Source: Candidatus Iainarchaeum sp.
GTDB lineage: Archaea; Iainarchaeota; Iainarchaeia; Iainarchaeales; GCA-2688035
Assembly: GCA_028713935.1 (NCBI GenBank)
Contig: JAQTNI010000015.1
Location: forward strand, 1 to 27,941
Reading direction: 5' to 3'
DNA: 27,941 nucleotides
Shown: one piece after another, positions 7,804-15,305 of the stretch
Position numbering within the stretch: position 1 is the first letter of the stretch
How the letters are laid out: every line of letters starts with the position of its first letter
Program-made: the position numbers and the translations under genes
Notes under the pieces: model-generated
What the model saw: the letters and a program-made list of their open reading frames with translations, nothing else
What the model was told of the DNA's origin: nothing
The model's database searches: none

Positions 7804-8200
7804 TGCAAATGTCTTTTTTTCCGCACTGCTGAAAAAGGGCGAAACAAGAAGGATTTGGTTTAACCCTGAAATTGAACTGTACGCGCCGGCATTTATTTTG
7901 GCAGAATTCCGGAAATATTCCGGCTACTTGATGAAAAAAAGCAGTTTGGCGGAAGAAGATTTTTTTGCATTGGCAGAAAAGCTTTTTTTGCAGGTGAGTT
8001 TTGTTGATGACAAGGAGTTAAAGCCTTTTTTGCCGGCGGCTGCTTCGCTTTCAGAAGACCTGAAAGACTGGCTTTATCTTGCCTGCGCGCTGAAAGAAGA
8101 CACAATAATCTGGAGCGAGGACAAGGAATTCAAAAAGCAGAACAGGGTAAGGGTTTTGACAATACAGGAAATGCTGAAAGAGTTTGGCGGGCTCAAATAA
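7787..8200 (+). CDS. PIN-domain protein (VapC-like toxin)
   Basis: The acidic PIN residues appear in the expected order: VDANVFFSAL, SEDLKDWLYLACAL, IWSEDKEF. The ATG at 7787 is preferred; the ATG at 7769 is also possible. Confidence 0.8.
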   Translation: MKATVDANVFFSALLKKGETRRIWFNPEIELYAPAFILAEFRKYSGYLMKKSSLAEEDFFALAEKLFLQVSFVDDKELKPFLPAAASLSEDLKDWLYLACALKEDTIIWSEDKEFKKQNRVRVLTIQEMLKEFGGLK

Positions 8201-8345
8201 AAAAATTTTTTCCAAATGGCTTTTTTTTGCCTGGAATTGTGTTTCCTTGGGATATTTAAATTTTTCTAATTAATTATTTAGTATTGCATTTGTTAGTTTT
8301 GAATAGTGTGAATTGGCGTTAATGGTTTTTGGAGTGTTTTAAAGC

Positions 8346-8657
8346 ATGGCAAGCAAGAAAGCAAGGGGAAAAAGGGCTAAAACGCGTTATAAGCTTAAGA
8401 GAAGGCACAGGCCTTTGACTATTAACAGGATTTTGGCTGATTTTGCAATTGGCCAGGTTGTACAGGTTAACATTGACCCAGCTGTCCATTCAGGCCTGCC
8501 TCATCCGAGGTATCAGGGCCTGACAGGGGTTGTTGTTGGCAAGCAGGGAAAGGTTTTTTGTGTCAGGATTAATAATGGCAACCAGTCCCTGGACTTGTTT
8601 GCGCATCCTGCGCATTTGAAGGCGATTGAATCAATTGTTGTTGAAATGGCTGTTTGA
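8346..8657 (+). CDS. rpl21e: 50S ribosomal protein L21e
   Basis: The basic N-terminus RGKRAKTRYKLKRRHR is followed by G..V.V.IDP..H.G.PH.RY.G.TG.V, the characteristic L21e SH3-like region. Confidence 0.9.
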   Translation: MASKKARGKRAKTRYKLKRRHRPLTINRILADFAIGQVVQVNIDPAVHSGLPHPRYQGLTGVVVGKQGKVFCVRINNGNQSLDLFAHPAHLKAIESIVVEMAV

Positions 8658-8667
8658 GGGTGTGGTT

Positions 8668-8997
8668 ATGATTGGTGAAAAAATTTTGGGGCAGAAAGCA
8701 GTTTCTTTGAATGAGGTTTCGGCTTTGCTGGAGGCGAGGAAAGGCGAAAAGGAATTGTCTTATGAGCAGGACATTGCGTTTAAGCATGCCAAAAAATTTT
8801 CAAAGCTTTCCGAGGAAAAGGAAAAAAAGCTCAGAGAAGAGCTTGATACTCTTGGAGTTTTGACTCAAGAGGAATTAGTGAAGCTTGTTGATATTCTTCC
8901 CGACAAAAAAGAACTGGTCCAGGCAGCTGTTCCAAGATTAGAGAAAGACGCTGACAGGATTCTTGAAATTCTTTTGAAGTTTGCAAAAAAGAAATAA
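8668..8997 (+). CDS. rpoF: DNA-directed RNA polymerase subunit Rpo4 (RpoF)
   Basis: MIGEKILGQKAVSLNEVSALLEARKGEKELSYEQDIAFKHAKKFSKL matches the Rpo4/RpoF N-terminal pattern. Its position directly after L21e is the conserved archaeal arrangement. The ATG at 8668 is preceded by gagggtgtgg. Confidence 0.8.
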   Translation: MIGEKILGQKAVSLNEVSALLEARKGEKELSYEQDIAFKHAKKFSKLSEEKEKKLREELDTLGVLTQEELVKLVDILPDKKELVQAAVPRLEKDADRILEILLKFAKKK

Positions 8998-9028
8998 CCA
9001 AATTTTTTTAGAAAGTGGGTTGGTGAAC

Positions 9029-9637
9029 ATGCCGGGCGAAGATTTTGCAGTAGTGCTTGATTTTCTCGCCAAGGGCAAGCCTAATTCGTTCAAGTCAGAG
9101 CCGGTTGCACAGGTAATTGGCACAAAGTCTTTTACGCTTTTGGAAGTTGTGCCAAAAGAAGGGATTGCTTTGAAAATCAGCGAACAGGTTTATATTGGCA
9201 AGGATTCGCGTGACAAAATTGAATACATCAGGGGCAGGATTGCTTACAAGGACTTGACAAACAATGCAATTGCTGAACTGGAAAAAACAATCCAGAAGCT
9301 TGTTCTGGATGACAGGCAGAGATTCCTGGATTTTTTCAATACTTCGGGCTCGATTACAATAAAAAGGCACCAATTGGAATTATTGCCCGGGCTTGGAAAA
9401 AAGCACATGATGGATATTTTGTCTGAAAGGCAGAAAAAGCCTTTTGAGTCTTTTGAGGAAATGGAGCAGAGAGTAAAGCTTATGCCGAATCCTGCAAAAA
9501 TAATTGCAAAGAGAATAATTGAAGAGCTTGAAAACCCGGATGAAAAGCATTTTTTGTTCTGCAGGCCTCCGGCTTCCCCAAAGCAGGGCTTTGGAGGTTT
9601 CAACAGGCGGGAGTTCAGCAGGCGGGATAATTCCTGA
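9029..9637 (+). CDS. DUF655 (COG1491) predicted RNA-binding protein with OB and HhH regions
   Basis: FTLLEVVPKEG, RFLDFFNTSGSITIKRHQLELLPGLGKKHMMDILSER and FESFEEMEQRV match the DUF655 pattern. It follows rpoF as in other archaea. The ATG at 9029 is preceded by gtgggttggtg. Confidence 0.8.
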   Translation: MPGEDFAVVLDFLAKGKPNSFKSEPVAQVIGTKSFTLLEVVPKEGIALKISEQVYIGKDSRDKIEYIRGRIAYKDLTNNAIAELEKTIQKLVLDDRQRFLDFFNTSGSITIKRHQLELLPGLGKKHMMDILSERQKKPFESFEEMEQRVKLMPNPAKIIAKRIIEELENPDEKHFLFCRPPASPKQGFGGFNRREFSRRDNS

Positions 9638-9708
9638 TTTTTCTTATTGTCTTAAAAACTTGTTTTTACATAATTTAATTAATTAATAAACAAAAAGGAG
9701 GTTGAAAA

Positions 9709-10287
9709 ATGGATTTGGCATTTTTGGTTTTGATTGCACTGGCTGCAATAATTGTTGTGCTTGCAATAATTTTGATTGTTATTTTCAACGGCCTTGTTGC
9801 TTTGCAAAAAAGGGTTGAAAATGCATGGGCACAGATTGATGTGCAGCTTAAGCGGAGAACAGACCTTATTCCGAACCTCATTGAAACAGTCAAGGGTTAT
9901 GCGCGCTTTGAAAAAAGCGTTTTGACACAGGTTACAGAGGCAAGAACTGGAATTTTGCAGTCAAAAGGCCCAAAGGAAAGCGCAAAGGCAAACAATATGC
10001 TTACTTCTGCTTTGAAGACTTTGTTTGCTGTTGCTGAAAGCTATCCCCAATTGAGGGCAAACGAGAATTTCCTGAAATTGCAGGAAGAATTTTCCACTAC
10101 CGAAAACAAAATTGCTTACGCAAGGCAGTTTTACAATGACATGGTAATGGAATTCAACACTGCAATTGCACAAGTCCCGGGAAACATTGTTGCCGGAATT
10201 TTCGGATTGGGAAAGCCAAAGGAATTCTTTGAAATAGCGGAATCTGACAAGGCAATGGTAAAAGCGGATTTTTCAGACATGAAATAA
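9709..10287 (+). CDS. lemA: LemA family membrane protein
   Basis: An N-terminal TM helix is followed by NGLVALQKRVENAWAQIDVQLKRRTDLIPNLIETVKGYA and, further on, AESYPQLRANENF. These are classic LemA motifs. A strong SD (aaggagg) precedes the ATG. Confidence 0.9.
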   Translation: MDLAFLVLIALAAIIVVLAIILIVIFNGLVALQKRVENAWAQIDVQLKRRTDLIPNLIETVKGYARFEKSVLTQVTEARTGILQSKGPKESAKANNMLTSALKTLFAVAESYPQLRANENFLKLQEEFSTTENKIAYARQFYNDMVMEFNTAIAQVPGNIVAGIFGLGKPKEFFEIAESDKAMVKADFSDMK

Positions 10288-10340
10288 ATCCGCTTTTTTT
10301 TCTTTTTATTTTTAATAATTTTTTTTTTGCTGGTGGGAAA

Positions 10341-11240
10341 ATGGATTTTTACAACGAAATTTCTTCCAATAACAGGATGACTTTTTTCCTGTTCCTGCTT
10401 TTTTTTGCATTGTTATTTGCAATCGGCTATGTAATTTCTTTCATGCTTGGCAGTTACATTTATGTCCCGATTTTCGGGTTTATTGCAATTGCCTATGCCC
10501 TTGTTTCTTATTATGCAAGCGACAGCATTGTAACAGCAATCAGCGGTGCAAAGCCAGTAGCCGATGAAAGCAAATTTGAAACTTTGCATCATGTTGTCGA
10601 GGAAATTGCAATCGCATCCGGATTGCCAAAGCCAAGGGTTTTTGTGATTGAGGATACTGCAATAAATGCCTTTGCAACAGGAAGAAACCCAAAGCACGCT
10701 GTTATCTGCGTTACAACAGGCTGCTTAACGCGCCTGAACAGGGCCCAGCTTACAGGTGTTGTTGCGCACGAAATGTCGCATATACGGAATTCAGACATAA
10801 AGGTTATGACAATTGCAGCAATTCTTGTCGGAGTGACTGTTTTGCTCAGCGACCTTCTTTTGAGAATGTTTTTGTTTGGCGGAGTAAAGGGAAATTCTGA
10901 CAACAAGGAAGGAAACCTTGTTTTTATTGCGATGATTGCTGTTGGCCTGATTCTGGCAGTGCTCACTCCTTTGATTGCACAGCTTATTAATTTTGCAATC
11001 AGCAGGAAACGCGAGTATCTGGCAGATGCAAGCGCTGCCCAATTGACAAGATATCCTGAAGGATTGGCTTCTGCTTTGGAAGTAATAAGCGGAGACAAGG
11101 AAATTTTGGAGGCGGCAAACAAGGCAACAGCGCATTTGTATATTGCAAACCCCTTGAGGGGGCAGAAGCTCTGGATGCAGAACATGTTTGACACTCACCC
11201 GCCAATAGCTGACAGGATTGCGAAGTTAAGGGCAATGTGA
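10341..11240 (+). CDS. htpX: HtpX-like M48 zinc metalloprotease
   Basis: The protein has TM helices and the HExxH motif in GVVAHEMSHIRNSD, with a downstream REYLAD and a C-terminal THPPIADRI. The LemA-HtpX pairing is a common arrangement. Confidence 0.9.
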   Translation: MDFYNEISSNNRMTFFLFLLFFALLFAIGYVISFMLGSYIYVPIFGFIAIAYALVSYYASDSIVTAISGAKPVADESKFETLHHVVEEIAIASGLPKPRVFVIEDTAINAFATGRNPKHAVICVTTGCLTRLNRAQLTGVVAHEMSHIRNSDIKVMTIAAILVGVTVLLSDLLLRMFLFGGVKGNSDNKEGNLVFIAMIAVGLILAVLTPLIAQLINFAISRKREYLADASAAQLTRYPEGLASALEVISGDKEILEAANKATAHLYIANPLRGQKLWMQNMFDTHPPIADRIAKLRAM

Positions 11241-11241
11241 A

Positions 11242-12732
11242 TCAGTCTTTTGCTATTTCTTTTATTATTTCTGAAACTGTTCCCTTGAAATAAGGGGTTT
11301 CCCCAGAAAGGTAATAATCAGCGCTGCCCAATAATTCCCCAATGTTGAATTTCTGGATTGAATCAATTTTTCCTGTTTCAATTTTGTCTCTCTGGGCAAG
11401 CTGTTTTGCTGTCAATTTTGAGCCTTTTTGTTCTGCGCGCCTGAATCTTTCTTTTTTGCTGCAGGTTATTCCCACAAGATAGGTTTTGAAAAATTGTTTC
11501 AGGAAAGAATATTCTTCTGTTCTCCTTACTGAATCAATTATTATTATTTTTTCATTGTCAAATTCTTTTTCCATTGGCTCAAGGCTTTTTTCAAGCGCGC
11601 CAAGAGAGCCGCTTTCTTCGCAGATTTTTTTGCTGAGTTCCATTATGTTCTGGTAGCTTGGCTCTATGTTTTTCCTTGCAAGCTCTTCTTTCAGGGTTTT
11701 GCCAATTGAAATCACTTTTATCCCTGTTTTTTCAGCTATCTTTGCAAATTCTGTTTTTCCAGAATAAGTGAGGCCTGTCAGGCAAATCAGCTTTGCATGC
11801 CTTCTTTTTATTTTCATAAACCTGATTGCATTATCCTGCCTTATTAAACAGGATTTTATGTCTCCGTTCGGCATTATTCTTATGGCATAAGGCCCTTCAA
11901 CGCATTGCCCTTTCTGCGGGCAGTTCCTGCAGTGTGCGGAATTTTCTATTTTTTTCCTGTATTCTTCATTCCTGAAATCATTTATTTCAATGTTGGTTCC
12001 GTCAGAAAAAAAGTATTTTGATGATGGCACAAAGCTTTTTTCGTTTATTTCTTTTTTTACCAGTGTTTTATTCATTTTTATCAGGTTAAGGGCTTGTGCG
12101 CTTAAAGGATAGGCCTGGTCTTCGGAAAGTCTTGTGAGTATTTTCAGTGTTATCCTGTTGTCCCTGCAGAAATTTGTTATGTCCAGGATTTCTTCTGGAA
12201 AATTCATGCCAGGCACTATAACACAGTTGACTTTTACATTTTCAAAAATTGCCCTTGCAAGCACTGTATTGTCAAGCACTTTCTCTATGTTTGGGCAATT
12301 GTTCATTTGGATTGCTGTTTTTTTATTTATTGTGTCAAAGCTGATTGTTATCCTGCCAAGCCCGCTTTCCCTGAGCTTTTCAAGTTTTTCCCTGTCCAAA
12401 AGCGAGCCGTTAGTGACAAGGGAAATATCTTCAAAGCCTGCCTGCTTGAAGATTTTTATTATTTCAAAAAGGTCCTGCCTGAGCAATGGTTCCCCGCCAG
12501 TGAATTTGACTTTTTTTAATCCCAAAGCACTGAATGTTTTTGCAATGAAAGTGTAGTCAGTTTTGTCCAGGTAATTTTCATATTTTGCCTGCATGCCTTC
12601 CTTGTGGCAGTAAAAGCAGTTGAGATTGCATTTTTCAGTGACACAAACCCTGAGGCAGGGCTGGGTTTCATAAGTTAATGCAAGGCTTTTTACTTTGCCG
12701 TAGAAATTCTGCTGTTCTGAAAATAAAGACAT
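11242..12732 (-). CDS. Fusion protein: MoaA-like radical SAM domain (N-terminal, about 330 aa) plus a UPF0200/dephospho-CoA-kinase-like P-loop nucleotide kinase domain (C-terminal, about 150 aa)
   Basis: N-terminal evidence:
- CNLNCFYCHKEG (CxxxCxxC)
- VKFTGGEPLLRQDL
- ISLVTNGSLL
- LGRITISFDT
- a distal Cys cluster, HCRNCPQKGQCVEGPYAIRIMPNGDIKSC

C-terminal evidence:
- Walker A in ICLTGLTYSGKTEFAK
- IIIDSVRRTEEYSFLK
- LVGITCSKKERFRRAEQKG
- RDKIE..IGELLGSADYYL

The C-terminal elements are collinear with archaeal UPF0200-type kinases. I prefer the ATG at 12732 (MSLFSEQQ) over the track start at 12855, which would overlap the divergent gene. Confidence 0.7.
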   Translation of the reverse strand: MSLFSEQQNFYGKVKSLALTYETQPCLRVCVTEKCNLNCFYCHKEGMQAKYENYLDKTDYTFIAKTFSALGLKKVKFTGGEPLLRQDLFEIIKIFKQAGFEDISLVTNGSLLDREKLEKLRESGLGRITISFDTINKKTAIQMNNCPNIEKVLDNTVLARAIFENVKVNCVIVPGMNFPEEILDITNFCRDNRITLKILTRLSEDQAYPLSAQALNLIKMNKTLVKKEINEKSFVPSSKYFFSDGTNIEINDFRNEEYRKKIENSAHCRNCPQKGQCVEGPYAIRIMPNGDIKSCLIRQDNAIRFMKIKRRHAKLICLTGLTYSGKTEFAKIAEKTGIKVISIGKTLKEELARKNIEPSYQNIMELSKKICEESGSLGALEKSLEPMEKEFDNEKIIIIDSVRRTEEYSFLKQFFKTYLVGITCSKKERFRRAEQKGSKLTAKQLAQRDKIETGKIDSIQKFNIGELLGSADYYLSGETPYFKGTVSEIIKEIAKD

Positions 12733-12805
12733 GTAATCAAAAAATAATGCCCAAAATATGTTTTTAATAATAATTGTTATAAAAATTATGTAAGTTTTGG
12801 TGTTA
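12733..12805. promoter_or_regulatory. Compact bidirectional promoter region with back-to-back TATA-like boxes
   Basis: This 73-nt AT-rich spacer reads gtaatcaaaaaataatgcccaaaatatgtttttaataataattgttataaaaattatgtaagttttggtgtta. ttataaaaatt lies about 20-29 nt before the plus-strand ATG at 12806. The reverse complement of tttttaataataa lies about 30-40 nt before the minus-strand ATG at 12732. This spacing suggests leaderless or very short-leader transcripts. Confidence 0.4.
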
Positions 12806-14062
12806 ATGGCTCTTGCTGATTTTGAAAAGATTTTTGCTGATTTTACTCTTTCCAAGCAGGACAGGGAAACTTTGAACAGTATTATGGCCAGTTCCAGTGG
12901 CAGGGAAAGGCCTTCTGTTTTTTATTCGCTCACTCACCTGAAGCACAATTATATCACTTTTACGCATCTTTTCAACCTTGCTCGTTTTTCCCAGGCAGGC
13001 TGCAATATTGTCATTGCGCTCTGGGATATGAATATTCTTTCCAGCCCTTATTTCAAAAAAATCGAGTTTGAGAAATACGGGAACCAGACAACTGATGAAT
13101 ACATTAAGCAGAAAAAGGATGAAATTTTGCGCCTTGCCGCTTCGCTTGGAATTGAAAATGTCAAGGTTTACACTTCTTCCGAAATATGGGCAAGGTTTAC
13201 CCAACAGAGGGAGCCCCACCTGTTCACTAAATATTATTCTGTGCTTTCAACAATTGACCTTGATGACTCGGAGCTTAATGACAAATTGAGTTATCTTCTC
13301 CAGTTGCCTGCTGACATTTTTTTTGCAAATTTTTTCCACGTGCTTTATCCTGAGGATTTCAGGAAGCCGATTGAAATTGCTTATTCCGCGCCAAGAAGAA
13401 AAAATCTTTATTTTGTAACAAGAAAAGCAATGTACAACAGCGGCCTTATCAGCATGGAAAGCCCAGTGATTGTTGTTTCAAAGGAAATTCCGCGAATTGA
13501 AATTGACACTCAAATTCCGCACTGGGACATGTCTCTTGGAGAAATAAGCAGCATTGTTTCAAAATGGCAGTTTTCACATGAAGAAATGCAGGACCTTTAC
13601 AGGAATGTGATTGGAAATGTTTTGAAGGAAGTTGAATTTGTTTCTGCTGCAGGCACAAAAAAAATGAGGCCTGAAAAATTTGCAGAGCTTGTTCCAAGCC
13701 TTTCAAGGGAAGACCTTGTTGCTTCCGCTTCAAAAAACATTTTCAGTTTTTTCCAGGGTGCCAAGGAGCTTACAAAAATAGTGGAAGCTCCAAAACCGGA
13801 TTTTGTCAATGTCAGGACAAAAAAAGAGGCTCTTCAGCTTGGCGCTGTACTGAAAAGCAACAACGCAATGAGAATTCTTGTCCTTGCCAATGGCACAAGG
13901 ACTATTTCCCAGATTGCAAAGGAAATCAATATGCAGCTTTCAAACACAAGCCAGTACATTGCAAGGCTGAGGAAGCTTGGCCTTGTCGCAGTCCGCGACA
14001 AAAAGGTTTTCAGGTCTGCAAGGGGAATAAAAATTAATTTTGAATCTTCGCTTAAACCGTGA
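12806..14062 (+). CDS. Degenerate TyrRS-like (class Ic aminoacyl-tRNA synthetase catalytic-core-like) domain lacking HIGH and KMSKS, fused to a C-terminal ArsR-like winged HTH
   Basis: The ORF itself is solid at 418 aa. Five blocks are collinear with the M. jannaschii TyrRS sequence as I remember it:
- SQAGCNIVIALWDMNI vs QNAGFDIIILLADLHA
- YLLQLPADI vs YPIMQVNDI
- IEIAYSAPRRKNLYFVTRK vs VDVAVGGMEQRKIHMLARE
- DMSLGEISSIV vs DDSPEEIRAKI
- RPEKFAE vs RPEKFGG

Spacing between blocks is similar in the two proteins. The C-terminus MRILVLANGTRTISQIAKEINMQLSNTSQYIARLRKLGLV is a typical wHTH. The functional call is tentative. Confidence 0.5.
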   Translation: MALADFEKIFADFTLSKQDRETLNSIMASSSGRERPSVFYSLTHLKHNYITFTHLFNLARFSQAGCNIVIALWDMNILSSPYFKKIEFEKYGNQTTDEYIKQKKDEILRLAASLGIENVKVYTSSEIWARFTQQREPHLFTKYYSVLSTIDLDDSELNDKLSYLLQLPADIFFANFFHVLYPEDFRKPIEIAYSAPRRKNLYFVTRKAMYNSGLISMESPVIVVSKEIPRIEIDTQIPHWDMSLGEISSIVSKWQFSHEEMQDLYRNVIGNVLKEVEFVSAAGTKKMRPEKFAELVPSLSREDLVASASKNIFSFFQGAKELTKIVEAPKPDFVNVRTKKEALQLGAVLKSNNAMRILVLANGTRTISQIAKEINMQLSNTSQYIARLRKLGLVAVRDKKVFRSARGIKINFESSLKP

Positions 14063-14066
14063 TTGT

Positions 14067-14891
14067 ATGAAACTTTTTGAAGAATTGAACCAGTTAATGG
14101 TGAAATACAGGTTCAGGCCTGACAAAAAGCTTGCCCAATTGTTTGTTGTTGATTCAGGCGCAGTGGATTTTGCCATTGAGGCCGCTGATTTGAAAAGCAC
14201 TGACATTGCCCTTGAAATCGGGGCAGGTACTGGCTTTGTTACAAGGGAAATCCAAAAAAAATGCAGGGTTATTGCAGTTGAACTGGATAATGATTTGTTC
14301 AGGCTTTTGCAGAACGAGCTTCCAAAAGAAAACCTTGAACTTGTGCACGGAAATTTTTTGGATTTGAAACTTGGCAAATTCAACAAGGTTGTTTCTTTTC
14401 CGCCCTATACAATTGCTTCGGCAATAATTTACAAGCTTCTTGAAAAGGGCTTTGAAAAAGCAGTGCTTGTTTTTCAGGCGGAATTTGCAGAAAGGCTTGC
14501 GGCTGAACCGGGCTTTTTTGAATACAATGCATTGAGCGTCCTAACACAGTATTTTTGCAGTGTCAGGATTCTAAAAAAAATTCCCGCCAGCTCTTTTTTT
14601 CCCTCCCCCAGAGTTGATTCGGCAATAGTTGTCCTTTCATGGAAAAAGCGCAAAAAAACAGCAAGGGACACAAAAAAATTCAAAAAATTTGTCCAGTCAC
14701 TTTTCAGGTTTTCAAACAAAAACCTCTGCAATGCCCTGAAAAAATCCTACCAGTTTATCCATGCGGACTTTAAAATCAGCGAAAAAGAATTTGAAAAAAG
14801 GATTAGCAGTTTAAAATGCTGCGATGCAAAGGTCAAGCTTATTTCCTGCGACGAATTCGTTGAAATTTTCAATGCGATTTATGCAAAATAA
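14067..14891 (+). CDS. ksgA: 16S rRNA (adenine-N6,N6)-dimethyltransferase KsgA/Dim1
   Basis: The protein has a SAM-binding EIGAGTGFVT, then VIAVELD, then VVSFPPY (the NxPY-type motif), followed by the KsgA C-terminal region. The ATG at 14067 lies 4 nt after the upstream stop. Confidence 0.9.
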   Translation: MKLFEELNQLMVKYRFRPDKKLAQLFVVDSGAVDFAIEAADLKSTDIALEIGAGTGFVTREIQKKCRVIAVELDNDLFRLLQNELPKENLELVHGNFLDLKLGKFNKVVSFPPYTIASAIIYKLLEKGFEKAVLVFQAEFAERLAAEPGFFEYNALSVLTQYFCSVRILKKIPASSFFPSPRVDSAIVVLSWKKRKKTARDTKKFKKFVQSLFRFSNKNLCNALKKSYQFIHADFKISEKEFEKRISSLKCCDAKVKLISCDEFVEIFNAIYAK

Positions 14892-15281
14892 TTATTTTAT
14901 TTCAACAGGCTCTTCTGCCAGAACAAATTTTTTTGCCAGTGCAAGCTTCTGCGCGTTCTCGGCATGAATCTCAAAAATAATGCTTCCGTTTTCTGCTTTT
15001 TTGCCTTTTTCAATGAACATTTGTATGCCCGCAAGCTTGTCAGAAGGCGCACCCGCAATTCTCGCCGCCTTAATCATTGCCCTTACATCTATTCTGCTTA
15101 CAATGCCATATTTTTTTGCATGAACCTTCGCTGAAAAAGGCGCTTTCGGAATGTCGCTGCTTTTAAGAATCCTCGCGCCCTGGGCTTTTATTATTTCCTG
15201 CATTTTTTTCAATGCAATCCCGCTTTTCAGGGTTTCAATTGCAAGTTTTTCCCCCCTGCCTTTTTTTGCCTTTCCAGACAT
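14892..15281 (-). CDS. deoA: AMP phosphorylase / thymidine phosphorylase family, C-terminal (PYNP_C) part. It is in the same frame as the upstream ORF and separated from it by one TGA.
   Basis: The ORF begins MSGKAKKGRGEKLAIETLKSGIALKKMQEIIKAQGA, and further downstream contains IAGAPSDKLAGIQMFIEKGKKAENGSIIFEIHAEN. This matches the C-terminal alpha/beta domain of pyrimidine-nucleoside phosphorylases. Its stop directly abuts the ksgA stop, so the two genes converge with 0 nt between them. Confidence 0.8.
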   Translation of the reverse strand: MSGKAKKGRGEKLAIETLKSGIALKKMQEIIKAQGARILKSSDIPKAPFSAKVHAKKYGIVSRIDVRAMIKAARIAGAPSDKLAGIQMFIEKGKKAENGSIIFEIHAENAQKLALAKKFVLAEEPVEIK

Positions 15282-15305
15282 TTCAAGCAGGATTCCCGCA
15301 ATTTT

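Noticed and set aside
10589-11194. Minus-strand ORFs of 201 aa and 135 aa overlapping htpX
   Set aside because: The plus-strand frame encodes an unmistakable M48 HtpX protease (HEMSH, THPP). The minus-strand ORFs have no recognisable features.
11242-12732. Calling the radical SAM domain a prokaryotic viperin (pVip)
   Set aside because: The N-terminal motifs and the distal C-terminal Cys cluster resemble archaeal MoaA more than viperin, which lacks the second cluster. Only the radical-SAM-plus-kinase logic is viperin-like, so I kept that as an analogy and did not make it an annotation.
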